Shown: one piece after another, positions 26,269-42,746 of the stretch
How the letters are laid out: each line of letters begins with the position of its first letter
Numbering within the stretch: the first letter of the stretch is position 1
NCBI RefSeq assembly: GCF_009914755.1
Contig: NC_060926.1
Source: the human T2T-CHM13v2.0 reference genome, Homo sapiens
Reading direction: 5' to 3' (one strand)
DNA length: 64,000 bases
Program-made: the position numbers and the translations under genes
The notes under the pieces: model-generated
What the model saw: the letters and a program-made list of their open reading frames with translations, nothing else
Told to the model about the DNA's origin: nothing
The model's database searches: none

Positions 26269-27624
26269 TGCCATTCAGGTCATGGAAGTGTAGGAAGAGG
26301 CCTGGTTTAAGTCATCCAGGAGTGGAGAAGACCAAAGGACTCCAGAGACTGCCAATGTGCCCAGCTTCCCTTATATGGTCTCTTACATACATTCAGCTTT
26401 CCTCCTCTCCTTCTGCCTTAGATTGAACACAGCCCTTTTGCCATTTCTTAGTTCAGTTATCTCCTCCAGCAAAATTCTACAAGAACTGCTTCCTCGCTGA
26501 TGCTTTCAGTAAGTGCTGGAACCTTCAGTCAATGCCTACACTTCTGAATGGTGCCCGCACCTGATGGCTAGGCCACCCTTTGGAGAACCTGTTCGTCTAC
26601 TCCCCTGTAATGCCACTAGTGTTTAGGTTTATAAAAAGGCAACGGAGGGTGGAGAGTGAGCACTTGGTTGCTTCCCAAACAACTCAAGGCAAAAGCACCA
26701 TTATGGAGAGGGAAGATTTCTGACTTAAACTACTCAACTAATTGTTCAACTGCAAACTTCAGAATGTCACAGCAGAAATATTTTTTGTCTTCCAACATTT
26801 CAGACAAGGCTATGAGATCATCATGGCTCAAAGTTCTTCAAAATGCTATTTGCAAATAAAGGCAGCAAACTGGGCAGATGGTTGGGGCGGGGGTGAAGGG
26901 TGAGCTCCTACTCTATTTTGGGAACCCTCTTTTCGTAAAGAACCAGGTCTCTGAGACACAGCTGTGGATCTGATATCCCCCTCATGCCTTTGACATCTGA
27001 GCAAGAGATATTGGAGCTCCACCACAATGAAGATCCACTTCAAAAAGGCTTCGTGGTTTGGGAATGCTGTGCTTCCTTCCACAACAACCACCTTCTGTCT
27101 GGCTGAGACCATGGTGGCTTAAGGGATATCACGACTTCCAAAGGTGTTCTGTCAGCACCTCCTAGGATCTATCCCTAGCAGACTAAGCAGAGATTTTTTT
27201 TAAAGATAAGCAAATAAGCATTAAGAGCAGCCAAATGATGATGCCTCAACCAAGGAGCTCATCATTTCTATTCTGAAAACTGTCTCTGTGGACAGGTGGG
27301 CAGAGCCATGGCCATATCTTTTTGTGACAGGGGAGTCATTGAGTAATTCCAAAATAAGACAATTTCCTTAACTATGCAAATGAATTCATATTAATAATTC
27401 CATGAAATGTGTCTATAGTAACACACGGACAAGAGATGGGCCTTGTAAGAGTGGCCCACTACGTTCTTTGAGGTCTTTGTCAGTTTTACCTGCCACAGAC
27501 TGTGTAGACTAGCTGCAGTCAAAATTCCCATTCCCTCATCACTTGCTCTGAAATTTATCTGAAGTCAAAAGGAGTGGGTTACCAAAAGAGAAGCATCCAG
27601 AGATGTGGATGGTGCAAGAAGAAA

Positions 27625-28115
27625 TGTTGTAGAACCTCAAAAGCTAGGTTCTAGTATCTGATGCTCAGTAAGCCAAACACTAACATGTCAGCACTTAGGA
27701 GCAGAGAAAGGTTTATTTGGTGTCCCCATAGTGTGAGGACGGGAGAGGCAAACCTTAAATCCAGCTTGCCTTTGAACATCACTGGGGGATTTATGAGTAA
27801 GGTAGGCATGCGGGAGGTGAGATTTCCAGTGATCAAAGCTACTTGCGTCTCTCGGCCATCAAACTTCTGGATGCCTCCAAGAAGGTCTATGTGACCTAAG
27901 GATCATTGTTCTTTGAAAGAAAAACAAGTTCATTAATCTTGCAGACAGCCCCAGGGGTCAGGATATAAAGTTAATCAATGATTAGTGAATTAGTGACCAC
28001 GCTCTACCAAAATGACTATGTGCAAGTAATCATGCATGGAGAAAGAAAAGGACAAAGAGAAAAGAAAATAAGTAAAATAAACACTTGATGATCATATCAC
28101 ACAGGCTTGGTTACA
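27625..28115 (-). mobile_element. ERV1-class solo LTR (491 bp)
   Basis: TG...CA termini, perfect 4-bp TSD GAAA, AATAAA on the minus strand ~90 bp from the end. Confidence 0.8.
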
Positions 28116-28389
28116 GAAACACAGGAGGAAGAATCTGAATCTACACTGGGGTCCACAAACAGCAATATTCCCTCTCTTTTTATTAGGATTATAAAATGTT
28201 AGAGCTCACAAGGGACATAAGAGATGATATTATGGGTTGACTATTGTCTCCCCAAAATTCATTTCAAGTCCTAACCTCCAGAACCTCAGAATGTGACCTT
28301 ATTTGGAAATAAGGTCATTGTAGATGTAATTATTTAATATGAAGTCATAAAGGAATAAGGTGGGTCCCTAAGCCAATATGACTTATGAC

Positions 28390-29063
<674 letters not shown>

Positions 29064-29375
29064 GTGACCTTATAAAAATGGGAGATTTTCACACAGGCAC
29101 ACACACGGGGAACTCTTTGTGAATGTAAAGTCAGAGATCAGCCAAGGAATGCCAAAGATTGCCAGCACATCTCCAGAAACTAGCAGAGAGTTTGAAGAGA
29201 TTTTTTTTTTTCTCAGAAGGAACCAGCCCTGCTGATACCTTGATCTTGGGCTTCTAGCCTCCAGAGCTGTGAGACAATACATTACTGCTGTTTAAGCTGC
29301 CCAGTTTGTTGTCCTTTGTTATGGCAGCGCTAGGAAACGAATACAAATAACCTACTTCACCTCCTCATCTTAGAG

Positions 29376-29585
29376 CAGTAGTTCTCAGCCAGGGAATTTT
29401 GCCCTCCAGGGAATATTTGGCAACATCTTGAGACATTTTTGGTTGTCACAGCTGGGAGGTGCTATGGCATCCAATGGATAGAGGCCAGAAATGCTACAAA
29501 ACATTCTACAGTGCACAGAACAGTCTCTTACAACAAAGAATTATCAGACTCAAAATGTGAATAGTTTGAAGACTGAGGAACCCTC
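29376..29585 (+). mobile_element. MER20 hAT-Charlie element
   Basis: CAGTAGTTCTCAGCC start, GAGACATTTTTGGTTGTCAC, CAACAAAGAATTATC; 8-bp TSD TCTTAGAG/TTTTAGAG. Confidence 0.9.
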
Positions 29586-29699
29586 TTTTAGAGGTACAGA
29601 AATGGAAGCTCAGAGGGCGTAAGCAATTCACAAAATCTCTAAGAAAATTAGGGCAAAACTGGAGCCAGGATCCAGTAAGAAACAGATTAAGCCTAGCAA

Positions 29700-30150
29700 G
29701 AACATTGGTGGAACAATGTCCTAAGATACAGACAGAGGAAAAGAAACCCACAGGAGGCAAAGAAGGAGAGAAAAGCTCAAGAGGAAGGAAGAGACCACAG
29801 TATGTCATCCGAGGGCCAAAAAGAGAGGTGCTTCATGGAGAGGGAGCTCAACAGTGTCCGCTGCAACAGGGAGCCCAAACTAGAACTCTGCAAGGGGCTC
29901 ATAGAAGTTGGGGATTAGGATGTTGCTGAAGGACCATGGAGAGAGCAGGTCCAGGCACCCAGGGAGCAGGGCCATGAGTCAGACTCCCGTATGACTGTGA
30001 GTGAGATGGCGAAGATGGAGTATTCTAGAGCAGAAAACTTTTTTTTCCTAAATCACCATTGGATCTACTGAAGAGCATAAATCTCTTAAAAGACATTGGA
30101 AGGGAAGAAGGGATGGAGTCCAGCTTGCAGGGTAGGAGGATTAGCTTGAC
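29700..30150 (-). mobile_element. L2 fragment
   Basis: Purine-rich degenerate reverse L2 text. Confidence 0.45.
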
Positions 30151-30552
30151 CATGAAGAGGATGGCAGAAGCAATTAATGGAAGGTGACCTTTAGAAGGAA
30201 TAAATGCTCCCTGTCTACTCTGCCTTAATCTTATTTTACCTTGAGAATACTGTTTGTTAATAACTAACAAACACGGTGGAGAACTCTGGACTTCCTGGAT
30301 ATACGTGCTCAAGGATCATGTATAGGAGCATGATCTCAGGAAGGCTTCCAGTTTTCCTTGCTATTCCCTGAAAATCTGTTGCTACTTCCTCCTATGCATT
30401 GCGGATATGCCTTAGGAAGTTTCCACACTCTGGTCCTGCCATGGCTGGTAGATACAGGGAAAACAAAAAACAAACAACAACAACAAAAAAAAACCCAGTG
30501 AGAATAGTCCAAATTCCACAGGAAGGATTTCAATAGGATATGGATGACAAAG

Positions 30553-31397
<845 letters not shown>

Positions 31398-31459
31398 TAA
31401 CTGGCATAAAAGGAGCTGAAAGAACTGAGAAGCAGAAAGTTTCCTGGAGTTTCCATCAC

Positions 31460-32279
31460 CATTTATCCAACTACTAGTGACCAAGCGCCTCACAGACCCA
31501 GGGATAAAATGACTAAAAGGCATATTTCCTGATTTCAGATCTTAGAGAATAGGAGGGCTGAGTGGACACACATGAAAACAAATCATTGCAGGGCTGTGTG
31601 CAGCATCAGGAGGAAGTTGGCCAGGGGTCTATGGGAGCACCAGGAGGGCCCCAAACTGCCTTAGGGAGGGCAGCGAAGGCTTCTCCGAGAGCATCTCTTC
31701 TGAGCAGAGTCCTGAGCGAGGACCATTCAGAGGAAGAAAACGGAGCTGTTATTCCAAGGAGGCAGAGAGTACATGGCCAGTTTGGAAGCTGCAAATCATT
31801 CCAAGTAGCTGGAGTACAGGGAAGAGGAGCACTCAGAGAAGGAGGCCCACATCACAAGGTGCCTTGTTCTGTAAGCTAGGCATTCCAGCATTATCCTTAG
31901 ACCACGGGGAGCCACTGAGGGGCTTTAAACTGGACTGACTGACTCAGACTGGGGCCTTAGAAAGATGGTGCCAGCTCTGTGTGGAGGTACCCAGATTGGA
32001 GCCAGAAAGAACACTGAGGTTTTTGTTTCAATCCCAAATCCACACAAGAAGCAACAAGGACCTGAACCAAGGAGGTGGCAGTTGGAATGGAGAGAATTGA
32101 CCCCCAGTTGGGTGACCTTGAGAGATATTTCAGAGGTAGAATAGAAACAACAAGACAAGGTGGTAGATTCGCTGGGGTGGAAGGGAAGTGAGCAAAGGGT
32201 GACTTTGTATTTCTGGTTTGGGCCCATGGGAGAATGGTCCCTCTTCAGGGTCCATCACACTGCTCGTGGAATAAATTCA
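31460..32279 (-). mobile_element. L2 fragment
   Basis: Reverse L2 3' region text, e.g. GGGAGCCACTGAGGGGCTTTAAAC and GAGATATTTCAGAGGTAGAAT. Confidence 0.65.
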
Positions 32280-32833
32280 TGGGATAGGCAGTTTCCTAAG
32301 ATAGTCCTCCATGATCATGTTCTGCTATTGATGTCCTTGTGTAATCCCCTCCTCTTGAAAGTGGGATAGACCTAGTGACTTGCCTCCAATGAATAGAATA
32401 TGGCAAAGGTTATGAGACGTTTCTTCCGAGATTAGGTTATAAAAGATTATGACGCTCATCTGTTTCTCTCTCTTTCTATCTCTCTTGCCCTCCTCCTCAC
32501 TCACAGTAAGAAAAGGTGGCTACCATGCTGTGACCTGCCCTATGGAGAGCCCATATGGCAAGGAGAGGCCAGGAGGCCTCTGCTCAGCAGCCTGCAGACA
32601 ACTGCATCCTGCCAACAACCACCTGAGTGAGCTTGCAAGCAGATCCACCCCAGTCAAGCCTTTAGATGACTATAGCCCCCGCCAATACCTCAAAGCCTTG
32701 TGAGAAAACAGAGCCAGGGGACCCAGCTAAGCCACGTGCAGACTCCAGATGTACAGACACCGTGAGATGATAAATGCTGTAGCTTTGAGGCACAGTGTTT
32801 TGAAGTAATTTGTTATACAGTAATAACTCATCA
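32280..32833 (+). mobile_element. MLT1F-like MaLR solo LTR
   Basis: TGTGTAATCCCCTCCTCTTGA, AATAGAATATGGCAAAGGT, CCTGCCAACAACCACCTGAGTGAGCTTG motifs. Confidence 0.85.
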
Positions 32834-32918
32834 GTACAATAAGCAAGATAGGGTTATAGTCACAAGGAATAAGAGAAGAAAAATTTCAAGTACATTTGGA
32901 GAACTTCTGGAGCACTAA

Positions 32919-33251
<333 letters not shown>

Positions 33252-33254
33252 TAG

Positions 33255-33822
<568 letters not shown>

Positions 33823-34194
33823 ATTCTAGTTGTTGAATATTCTCAAAATCTCTATCAAACTTTTGTTTGATTAAAAATTGCCATCATTAATCTAGTTCTA
33901 CTCCCAAGAGGAATTTGGATATTAATTGAGTTCTGGTAAACCAAAACTAGCAGAGGCAGAAAGATTAATAAGAATTTTTTTTTACATTCTCCAGCGCTAT
34001 TTTTTGACATTTGTTAAAAGTAGGTGAGTATAATTTCTTTCATTATTTGCCATGGTATAAATTGTTTAAAACATGAGACGTGAGAATACTTAGACATTTC
34101 AGAAAGAATTTGAAAGTGTGAGGTGTACAAAAATATGCTTCTCCTAACTTCTACAGAAATTCCACAGATTCATGAATTCATTTATTTAGCAAAT

Positions 34195-34500
34195 GACTCC
34201 CTGCTTTGCCGTTTCCTACGGGACCTTGGACACATTCCTTCTCACCTCCGAACCTAGTGTCTTCAATTGTAAAAATAAGAGGAAATGTGGTCAGATCATA
34301 TATTTTCGAATTTCTACTTCATGTCTCAAGTTCTCTGAATTCTGTGAAATATCCTGAGATATTGTTCTCATTTAGACCCGGGGCAGAGCTGGGTTTGAAT
34401 CTCAGTTCCGCTTTTCAATGAATAAGTTATTTTTATCTGTGTGCCCAAATGTAAAAGGGGGTCGTTGTTAACAATTAGACATGAAGAATGTAAAACATCT
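34195..34500 (+). mobile_element. Two MIR-family fragments
   Basis: GACCTTGGACAC...TGTAAAAATAAG and CTGGGTTTGAATCTCAG cores. Confidence 0.5.
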
Positions 34501-35738
34501 GCCTTAATTAAAAAAAAAAAAAAAAGAGCCATGACCAATGTGTCAAGCACTAATGGGGAAATACAAAAGAAAAATGTAAGACATTAAATCAACTTTCTAG
34601 GAATCTCCAGTCTGGCTGGGGACACTATTATTTATGATCATCTTTTAAAATATCTTCCAGCCTCTGCTCAGGTAACTATTATCTTATCCTGACCAACCAT
34701 GAACGTATTTCATTAGCATGAAAATTTTCCCAATGCTTTTGAGATTCAGCCAGCACACCCTGTCCTAACACTGAATTTCCTGGCCTCAATACCTGTGGAA
34801 AGCGGTGGTTTCTCTTTTCATTTAGCTTACATTTGCTGCCCTGTAATTTGATTCTTCCCCTTCATTCCTGGACTCTCTCCTTTCTTCTCAAACAAGGGGC
34901 CCACTTCGGTCTTGACCAAGCCCTTCATCTTCCTGAATTTCTCAGCTAAATCGTTTCTAACGCTTCCCTTTTTCCAACATAAATAGTTCTTGCTCGCTCA
35001 TTGTCCCACCCTGCCTCACCTCTGGCTCCAATTAGAGCAATATTTATTTTTCCTTTTTAAGAATCTCTGTAGCCTCTACTCTTCGGAAATGAGGCAACGC
35101 AGCTCGTGTTAAAAGCCCTTTATTATGGTCACAGAAAATCTGCTCTGACAAGATCCAGCTCGACAAGATTGTGTTCCTGGAGATCCTTCCCTCATTTATC
35201 TGTCATCTCACTTTCTAGGTCACATCATTTCCTAGCATCTAAAGTGTTGTCTGTTTATATATATTTTAAAGCAATGGAGGAGTGGAATGCGGAGTGAGTG
35301 CCTCGTGGTGCTGGAATGTAGAAAAGTCTCTTCTAATTTCAATGAAGGGCATGCTGCCATTTTCCAGAGAAGGAAGAGGAACAAACACACATATAGCCTT
35401 GTTTTCAAAGAACCTGTTGATGTTAATGGGGTTTATTTTAGTTCATTGAGACAGCTAACAGTAACCCAAAGCCCAAATGCAGACTCAGATTTGCTGGAAC
35501 TAGGGCATAGGTCAAACCTCAGGGAAGTGAGTGTGAGTATTCCCTGGAATCTTCCGGAAACACAGACAGCCCTCAGGGATTTGGGGCCTCAAGAACTCCG
35601 GGAGGACCCTACAGGCCCCCACCGTCTTAGAAAACAGCCAGTCCCATAGTAAGTCAGCTTGCATCAGGTGGGCCCAAAATCATCTTCCTGGCATCTTCTT
35701 CCTCAGTCTCTTGCCTCCCTTTTTATCATAACGAAATC

Positions 35739-35971
35739 TATTCATCAAGTGCTTATAAGCACCAGCACTGTGCTCAGCACGGGACAAGTGCAACCACATA
35801 GATGCTTCACAACTGCACAAAAAAGGAGGTTCTATTATTACCATTCCCATTTGCAGTGAGGAAACAGAGGCCCATTGAGCATACACAACTTGCCTAAAGG
35901 TTCGAAGCGAGTAGAGAACAGAGCCAGAATGTGAACTTGAACTGTCTGGCTCAGAGCCCAAGCTCTTAGCT
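35739..35971 (-). mobile_element. MIR
   Basis: CCCATTTGCAGTGAGGAAACAGAGGCCC...ACTTGCCTAAAG core. Confidence 0.8.
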
Positions 35972-35983
35972 TGACTTGGTTCA

Positions 35984-36397
35984 TGTTATGTGTTGAATTG
36001 TGTCCCCCAAAAAAGATATATTGGAGTCTTAACCCCTAGTACCTCAGAATGTTACCTTATATGGATATAGGGTCTTTAAATAGGTAATCAATTTAAAGTG
36101 AGGTCGTTAAGGTAGGCCTTAATCCATTATCCTCAGTGTCCTTACAACAAGGGGAAATTTGGACACACTTAGAGGGACGATGATGTAAAGAGACATACAT
36201 AGAGAAGCGGACTGTCTACAAGCCAAGGAGAGTGACCGGGGACAGATCCCTTGCCCACAGCTCACAGAAGGAACCAACTCTGCCAACACCCCGATTTCAG
36301 ACTTTGGGCCTCCACAAATTGTGAGAGAATAAATTTCTATTGTTTGAGCCACCCAGTTTATGGTACTTTGTCACAGTAGCCCTAGGAAACTAATATT
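35984..36397 (+). mobile_element. MLT1B-like MaLR solo LTR
   Basis: TGTTATGTGTTGAATTGTGTCCCCC start; AATAAATTTCTATTGTTTGAGCCACCCAGTTTATGGTACTTTG end. Confidence 0.9.
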
Positions 36398-37234
36398 ATT
36401 AGTGATCCTCATTGTAAAGCAAAGTCACTCTAGGCTCAAAATTCATTTAGCAAAAAGTCTTGGTTTCTCTTTCAGTGTGATCATTGGACCCTGACTGGGG
36501 TTCAAATACTCTTGAAGCCTAGGTAGGTGGAGTCTGACCTAACAGAGATTAAGGTGTTCTTATGCAATGGTGTGTAATATGCACCAAGTGTCTGTGCATC
36601 CATAGCAAAGCCCAGAGTGAGCCAAGGACTTGACTATGACTGGGCCCAAGACGGCTGAGGTTCCCAGGAACATCTTCACCAGCAAACAGTCAAGTCATCA
36701 GATTTGCTTAAAAGAGAATAACTCAGTGTGAGTTTATGGACAGCACCTGCAGGGACACTCGAATCCTCCTCCTGCCCACCAGACTTGGGCCTGGGTCTTC
36801 AAAAGAGGGCATGGAACTGCAGGTGAATAATGTAGGAGTGGCTGGGCTCAAGCCCAGTGACACATTGAGAGTGAAGGCAGCACAGCCCTTGTGCCCAAAT
36901 ATCAAGGTGACCGACAGAAGGAGGTGCAAGGGACACTTCCACCTTGCAGGAGAGTACTGAGGGCTTGGATACACCAAGAACTCCAAGACACATCTGCCTT
37001 GACAGTTCCCAGGACTTTCTTCAGCAAAAGGGGCAGACACTGTGGTTACTGCAGCTTCTGGGCACCCCCTTAACCCAGCCCAGCCCCCTCCTCCTCCTAT
37101 GGACCTGGCCCTGGCAGCCACTTTATGGCAATCCCAGGTATGGACAGCAGGTCATCATCAAAGCCTGGTGGATTGGGAGCATGGCAGGTGCCTGAGAAAT
37201 ACGGTAGCTTCCAGTATATAACACACGGAGAGAA

Positions 37235-37450
37235 TCTTGTGGTGGAGAGAACACAATCTTTGGAAGCCGACTTGTGACCTGTGGAAGTCAGAACACGCAT
37301 CTTAACCTCTCTGAGCCTCATGCTCATCGTCTGTAACATAGGGATAACATCTATCTTAGGGATTATGGTAAGTACTAGAACAATGTAGGTAAATAATATA
37401 GCACTTAGCCTGGCACACTGCAGTTGTCAAATAAATTGTTGTTATTATGA
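37235..37450 (+). mobile_element. MIR
   Basis: CTTAACCTCTCTGAGCCTCA core and GCACTTAGCCTGGCACA tail. Confidence 0.75.
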
Positions 37451-37561
37451 AGATTATATATTTATGTATAAGTAGATGATCCCATTTGTGTCCGTATATG
37501 TTCCCTTATTTAGCACAAACTCTAAAAAGCTATATATAAGTCAATAAATTTATTGAGTAGT

Positions 37562-37960
37562 TCTTTCATTCAACAAATATTTGTTAAGCCCCTATGATGT
37601 GCCAGCTTCTGGGGTTCTAGCAGTGAGCAGGGCTCCAAGAAAATGGTGCCCCTGGGATCTTGTGAATCAGAAGGAGCTCTTAGTTCTGGGAAGAAAAAAG
37701 AGACAATCACCACACACTGTGATACAGTCTACAGGAGATATGGATATATACTGTAGAATCCCATTTGTGGGGGATCAGGAAGCTTCCCAGAGACCTAAAG
37801 TGCAATAGATGTGAGGCAAGTGAAAAGAGGGTTGGGAAGAGCGTCAGAGCGAGCACATAGTCAAAGACTGGGAACAGAGCGCAGAGCTCAGCCTGGCTGG
37901 GATCTAAAATGAATAACGGCATGGCAGAGTGAGAGGAGCTGGGCCCACATGGGCTTGGCA
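37562..37960 (-). mobile_element. L2 3' fragment
   Basis: TTCATTCAACAAATATTTGTTAAGCCCCTATGATGTGCCAG reverse tail. Confidence 0.65.
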
Positions 37961-38163
37961 GGGAGAATAGCAGTAAAACACATTACTCTTTAAGATGCAA
38001 GGCACTGGAAAAAGGCAAGTGGCATTTTCTCTGCTATGCAGCATGAACAGAAAGTAAATTTTGCTTAGGAAATGACAGAGAGAACTCAGGTCCTAGTCTT
38101 ATTTTTCCATTTGAGTAGCCCAAAGAAGGAAAGAGTGAAGGTGTGTCTTAAAACCTGATAAGT

Positions 38164-38437
38164 TGCCCGGGCACGGTGGCTTATGTCTGTAATCCCAGCA
38201 CATGATTTGCCGAGGCGGGCAAATCATGAGGTCAAGAGATCGGGACCATTCTGGTCAATGTGGTGAAACCCCGTCTCTACTAAAAATACAAAAATTAGCT
38301 GGGCGTGGTGGTGTGTGCCTGTAGTCCCAGCTACTCAGGAGGCTGAGGCAGGAAAATCACTTGAATACGGGAGGCGGAGGTTGCAGTGAGCCGAGCATAC
38401 TGCACTCCTGCCTGGCGACAGAGTGAGACTCCATCTC

Positions 38438-38458
<21 letters not shown>
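38164..38458 (+). mobile_element. Alu (AluSc-like)
   Basis: GAGGTCAAGAGATCG diagnostic; perfect TSD AAAACCTGATAAGT. Confidence 0.96.
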
Positions 38459-38468
<10 letters not shown>

Positions 38469-38633
38469 AAGTCTATGCTTTTTTTGCATGCATCATCTAA
38501 GTAGTATGTTATGTATAGATAAACATGCTACCACTCATACATATGGATGTATGGATTATAACTGCCTTGTTTTTCCATCACAGTATAGGTACCATCAGCT
38601 ATGAATTCAGGGTCAGATTATCGGATGATTTAA

Positions 38634-38930
<297 letters not shown>

Positions 38931-39095
38931 TTAATTGAGCCTTAATACCTTAACAAGCAATATCTGATGTCCTCTGATTAAACAGTGTTGGCCAGCTACA
39001 CACTTGTCCTTTCTCCTCCCTTCCTTCCTTCCTTATCTACTCAGGGTATATCGTTTGCATATTTCCACTCCGATATGCATATATTCGTAAGAAGG

Positions 39096-39546
39096 TATAT
39101 TAATTTCCTAGGGCTGCCATAACTAATGACCACAAACTAGGTGGCTTAAAACAATGAAATTTAGTCTCTCACAGTTCTGGAGACCAGAAGGCTGAAATCA
39201 AGGTATCTGCAGGGTTGGTTCCTTCTTGGGCCTCAAAAGGAGAGTCTGTTCATGCCTCTCCCCTGACTTCTGGTGGTTGCTGGCAATCTCTGGAATTCGT
39301 TGGCTTGGGGCAGCATAACTTCAATCTCTGCCATCATTGTTGGATGGCATCTCCCTATGTGTCTGTGTTCAAATTTCCATCTTATAGAGGCACCAGTCCT
39401 ATTGGATTTGGGGCCCAAATGAATCCAGTGTGACTTATCTTTATTTGATTACATCTGGCAAAGACACTATTTCCAAATTAGGTCACATTCACAGGTTCCA
39501 GCTGAGCATGAACTAACTTTTGGGGGACACTATTTAACCCAGAACA
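39096..39546 (-). mobile_element. MLT1C-like MaLR solo LTR
   Basis: Reverse MLT1 text; perfect 5-bp TSD GAAGG. Confidence 0.92.
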
Positions 39547-40204
39547 GAAGGTGAATACCATCAGGTATGTGGTCAGTTTCCTCTCCCCTCACCATAGGCT
39601 CCCACGAGGAGGCCATTCAGATCGAAACCAGTGTCAAGGACAGGACAGGCAGCAGGGCCAGCTGGCTTCTAGATTCTTAGTTCAACAAGTGGGAACCAGC
39701 TTATACCTAGGAAGGAAACCTGATTGGGTCTCAAGTCCCCAAACAATAATAAAACTTTGATTCGGCATGAGAAGTAATCCCACCATGTTCCCACCCTGGG
39801 ATACCACTAGGCTGCCAGGGGGCTCTGAAGCCTGCCTTGATGTCCATGAGTCACTCAGGGGCTCCTGCAGACCAAACCACCTCTGTTTGCTGGGGGTCTG
39901 GTTGCCAAGTCAGCTCACAGAATCTAGATGTTATTGATTTTGGTCTCTTTGACACTACTAAATCGTGATAGGAATCCAGAGAATGACCTAGTGAATTTGT
40001 GGCTTTCATTTTCTAGACTGGTTGAGTCCAACAAATAACCAGTACAGTCCACTGTTTTTTCTTTTTTTTAAGAAAAATATATTTATAGCTATTAATATAG
40101 AAAGCTGTCTGCAAGCTATTATGTTAAAAAGATTGTAGGTGTCAAAAGAGTGTGTATAACTTGATCCCAATTGTGTGAAAAATAAATATGAAGATATATT
40201 CAAA

Positions 40205-40335
40205 AGTAATAACAATAACAATAAATAAATATTGAACACTTTACACTATGCCAGGCCCTGTTCTAAGAATTTCATGTAGCTTAATCCTCACAACAGCCCT
40301 ATGGAAGTCCTATTTTTATCCTTATTTTACTACTT
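40205..40335 (-). mobile_element. MIR fragment
   Basis: TATGCCAGGCCCTGTTCTAAG...TTAATCCTCACAACAGCCCTATG. Confidence 0.75.
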
Positions 40336-41440
40336 TCAGTTGAGTTGGCTAATCTGCTACATATTAAGTGTGACAATAGTGATATTCACAAGGGAGAAAG
40401 GAAAGAGTTTCAAATAAATATTTTAAGATAGAAATTAAATCCCGTGAATCATTAGAAAATCACAAATATGAATTTTAAATAAGCCCTGTGTGTTTCTCTT
40501 TTATTATATTTTGGGGTTTTTTGGACATATTTAATTCTTCCCCAAGTATAAACTATTTTCTTCAGGAAGGTTCCCACGTTTTGAACTCATATTCCTATCC
40601 TTTGATTCATTGAATTTTTGGCCATTCTCGCATTAGGTCAAAAAAAAAATATCTTCTAGGGCAGGAGTTAAGAGTTGCTCAGAGTTTCATGGAGAATAGC
40701 CAACTTCTTTTCCAAGACCTGCCTTGTACTTCCTGCTTCTCTCACTGGGGGCAAATAAAAGACAGGAGATTTAGGAGACAAATTATCCCAGAGAAAGCTT
40801 CCTAGAACAGAGTAAAAATTATTGAAAAATGATAACAAGTGGCTGAAATGTTCAGAGAAATAAATGTGATTTATCACAGAGCACATAAGCACAGACGTGA
40901 AATTGTAACTGCAGACTTCCCTTCACATCTGGTGACCTTTGGAACTTTCAGAAAAACTTCCACCACACACAAACACCTAAGAATTTCTAGTTGGAGATGA
41001 ACCCTGGTTTGTGGTCCACTTTCCTAGATGTACCTTTTAATTTTCCTTGTTTTGTATTTTAGTCCATCTTGAGAGGCATTTCTTAAGAACTTAATCAAAA
41101 ACTAAAAACAAAACCAGTTCTGTATCCAATATTGTAAAGTCAATTTGAGTTTCCAAGGATGAAGATGTGAAAGGTTGTTTTAAGTAAGACATTTTTCCTT
41201 CTCAACATATTTGCTAAAGAAAGAGGATGAAAAGAACATATGTGTATTGCTTCATTGTTATCAGCCAGTTAGTTTTAAATTTCTGTCTTCGCAGCATTTT
41301 CTCCTCATATACCTGATTTTCTCACCATTCTGTTACAGAATATGAGACAAGCACCACCACAAAAGAGATAAAGGTTTCCAATAAGAGCCTGCTGCTCTTT
41401 GGTATGGAAATTTGGGGTTTATGCTTCTTTGAGGTTTTTG

Positions 41441-41471
<31 letters not shown>

Positions 41472-41966
41472 TAAGTTTAGCAGCCAAGAATTCAAGAGTT
41501 AAGGCTGATAAAACTGCATTAAGATTATCTCACCTGCCCAAGTGTGGGAGAAAACATGAGTCCAGAATAAATTGCCTTTCTCAAAATAGAAAGATTTTTC
41601 TGGTTTTATTTGGCCTGGGAACAAAGCCGAAGGGTAGGTGGGGCTTCCCCCTCTAACATCTGCTTCTTGGATCTCTGGGAGGCTCAGAAACTGGGAACCC
41701 CCTAAGCACCTTTATGGATGAAGTGAGGGCTCTGGCTCCCCCAAAGAGCGGCAGGCAGGAGACAGTCACCGGGCAGCTCCTGCCGCATCCCTGAAGTGGC
41801 TCCTGCACCCCCAAATCTCACAGACTCACATAACATCAAAAATCCAGATGCAGAACCTGGCACCTCACCTTAAACAGAGTAAGACTCCGATTAATTTCTT
41901 GAATTATGATCTAATACATATATCTGTAGGTGTTTTAAAGACAATACTTTTGACAGCTAAAATTAT

Positions 41967-42115
41967 GACCACGTATGGTGGCTCATGCCTGTAATCCCAA
42001 CACTTTGGGAGGCCAGGGCAGGAGAATCCTTAAACTCAGGAGTTCAAGTTTGTAGTGAGCTAGGATCACACCACTGCACTCCAGCCTTGGCAACAGGGCA
42101 AGACCTTGTCTCAAA

Positions 42116-42120
<5 letters not shown>
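41967..42120 (+). mobile_element. Monomeric Alu (FRAM-like or internally deleted AluJ)
   Basis: Single ~150-bp monomer with GTAGTGAGCTAGGATCACACCACTGCACTCCAGCC, followed by (TA)n. Confidence 0.85.

Positions 42121-42167
<47 letters not shown>
42119..42167. repeat. (TA)n microsatellite
   Basis: Read directly; derived from the Alu tail. Confidence 0.96.
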
Positions 42168-42170
<3 letters not shown>

Positions 42171-42746
42171 AAAACCAACACAAATCCCAACAAGCGTGCT
42201 AACTGTGTATACTGTTGCTGTCCCCATGGCAATCCATCATGCACTTAGATACTGACGAAGACACGTTACTAGCACGTAGTGCTGATGGTACTGCCATGTG
42301 GTCCACTAAACCCAACTGCTGCTGTATTTCCTTGAATTATTCTTATCCAGATCAACATCTTTAAATTCCTTAACTGTGTTGGTCAGTCAGTTTCTCTGTT
42401 CCTTTTCGTACACATCTTCCAAACCCACCATCTTCCCAAACCAGGCCTATTAACCAGAAATCAATTCTGAAACATTGTTTGTTTAAATTTTTAAATTGCA
42501 ATTTAGCTGCACATGCCATGGGATCATGGACCAAAAGCCCAACTGGAGAATAATAATTTTTTAAAACAGCTCTGAGTAACAATGACCTTGTGAAAATGCA
42601 TTTTGCACATGTTCCATTGGTGAATTTTTGCTGTTCTTTTTTTTTTTTTTTAAATGGGAAGCCGTCATTTTAGGAGATAATATAGTAACCTCAGTTAATT
42701 CGTATGCTGCTGTTCAATCGGAGTCTGAAAGCTGAAGGCCACAAGG

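Noticed and set aside
27373-27380. Octamer ATGCAAAT
   Set aside because: No adjacent SOX site; several such octamers occur in the window.
37480-37620. Tail-to-tail L2 ends as a miR-28/151-type hairpin
   Set aside because: The left L2 tail is too decayed to form an extended stem.
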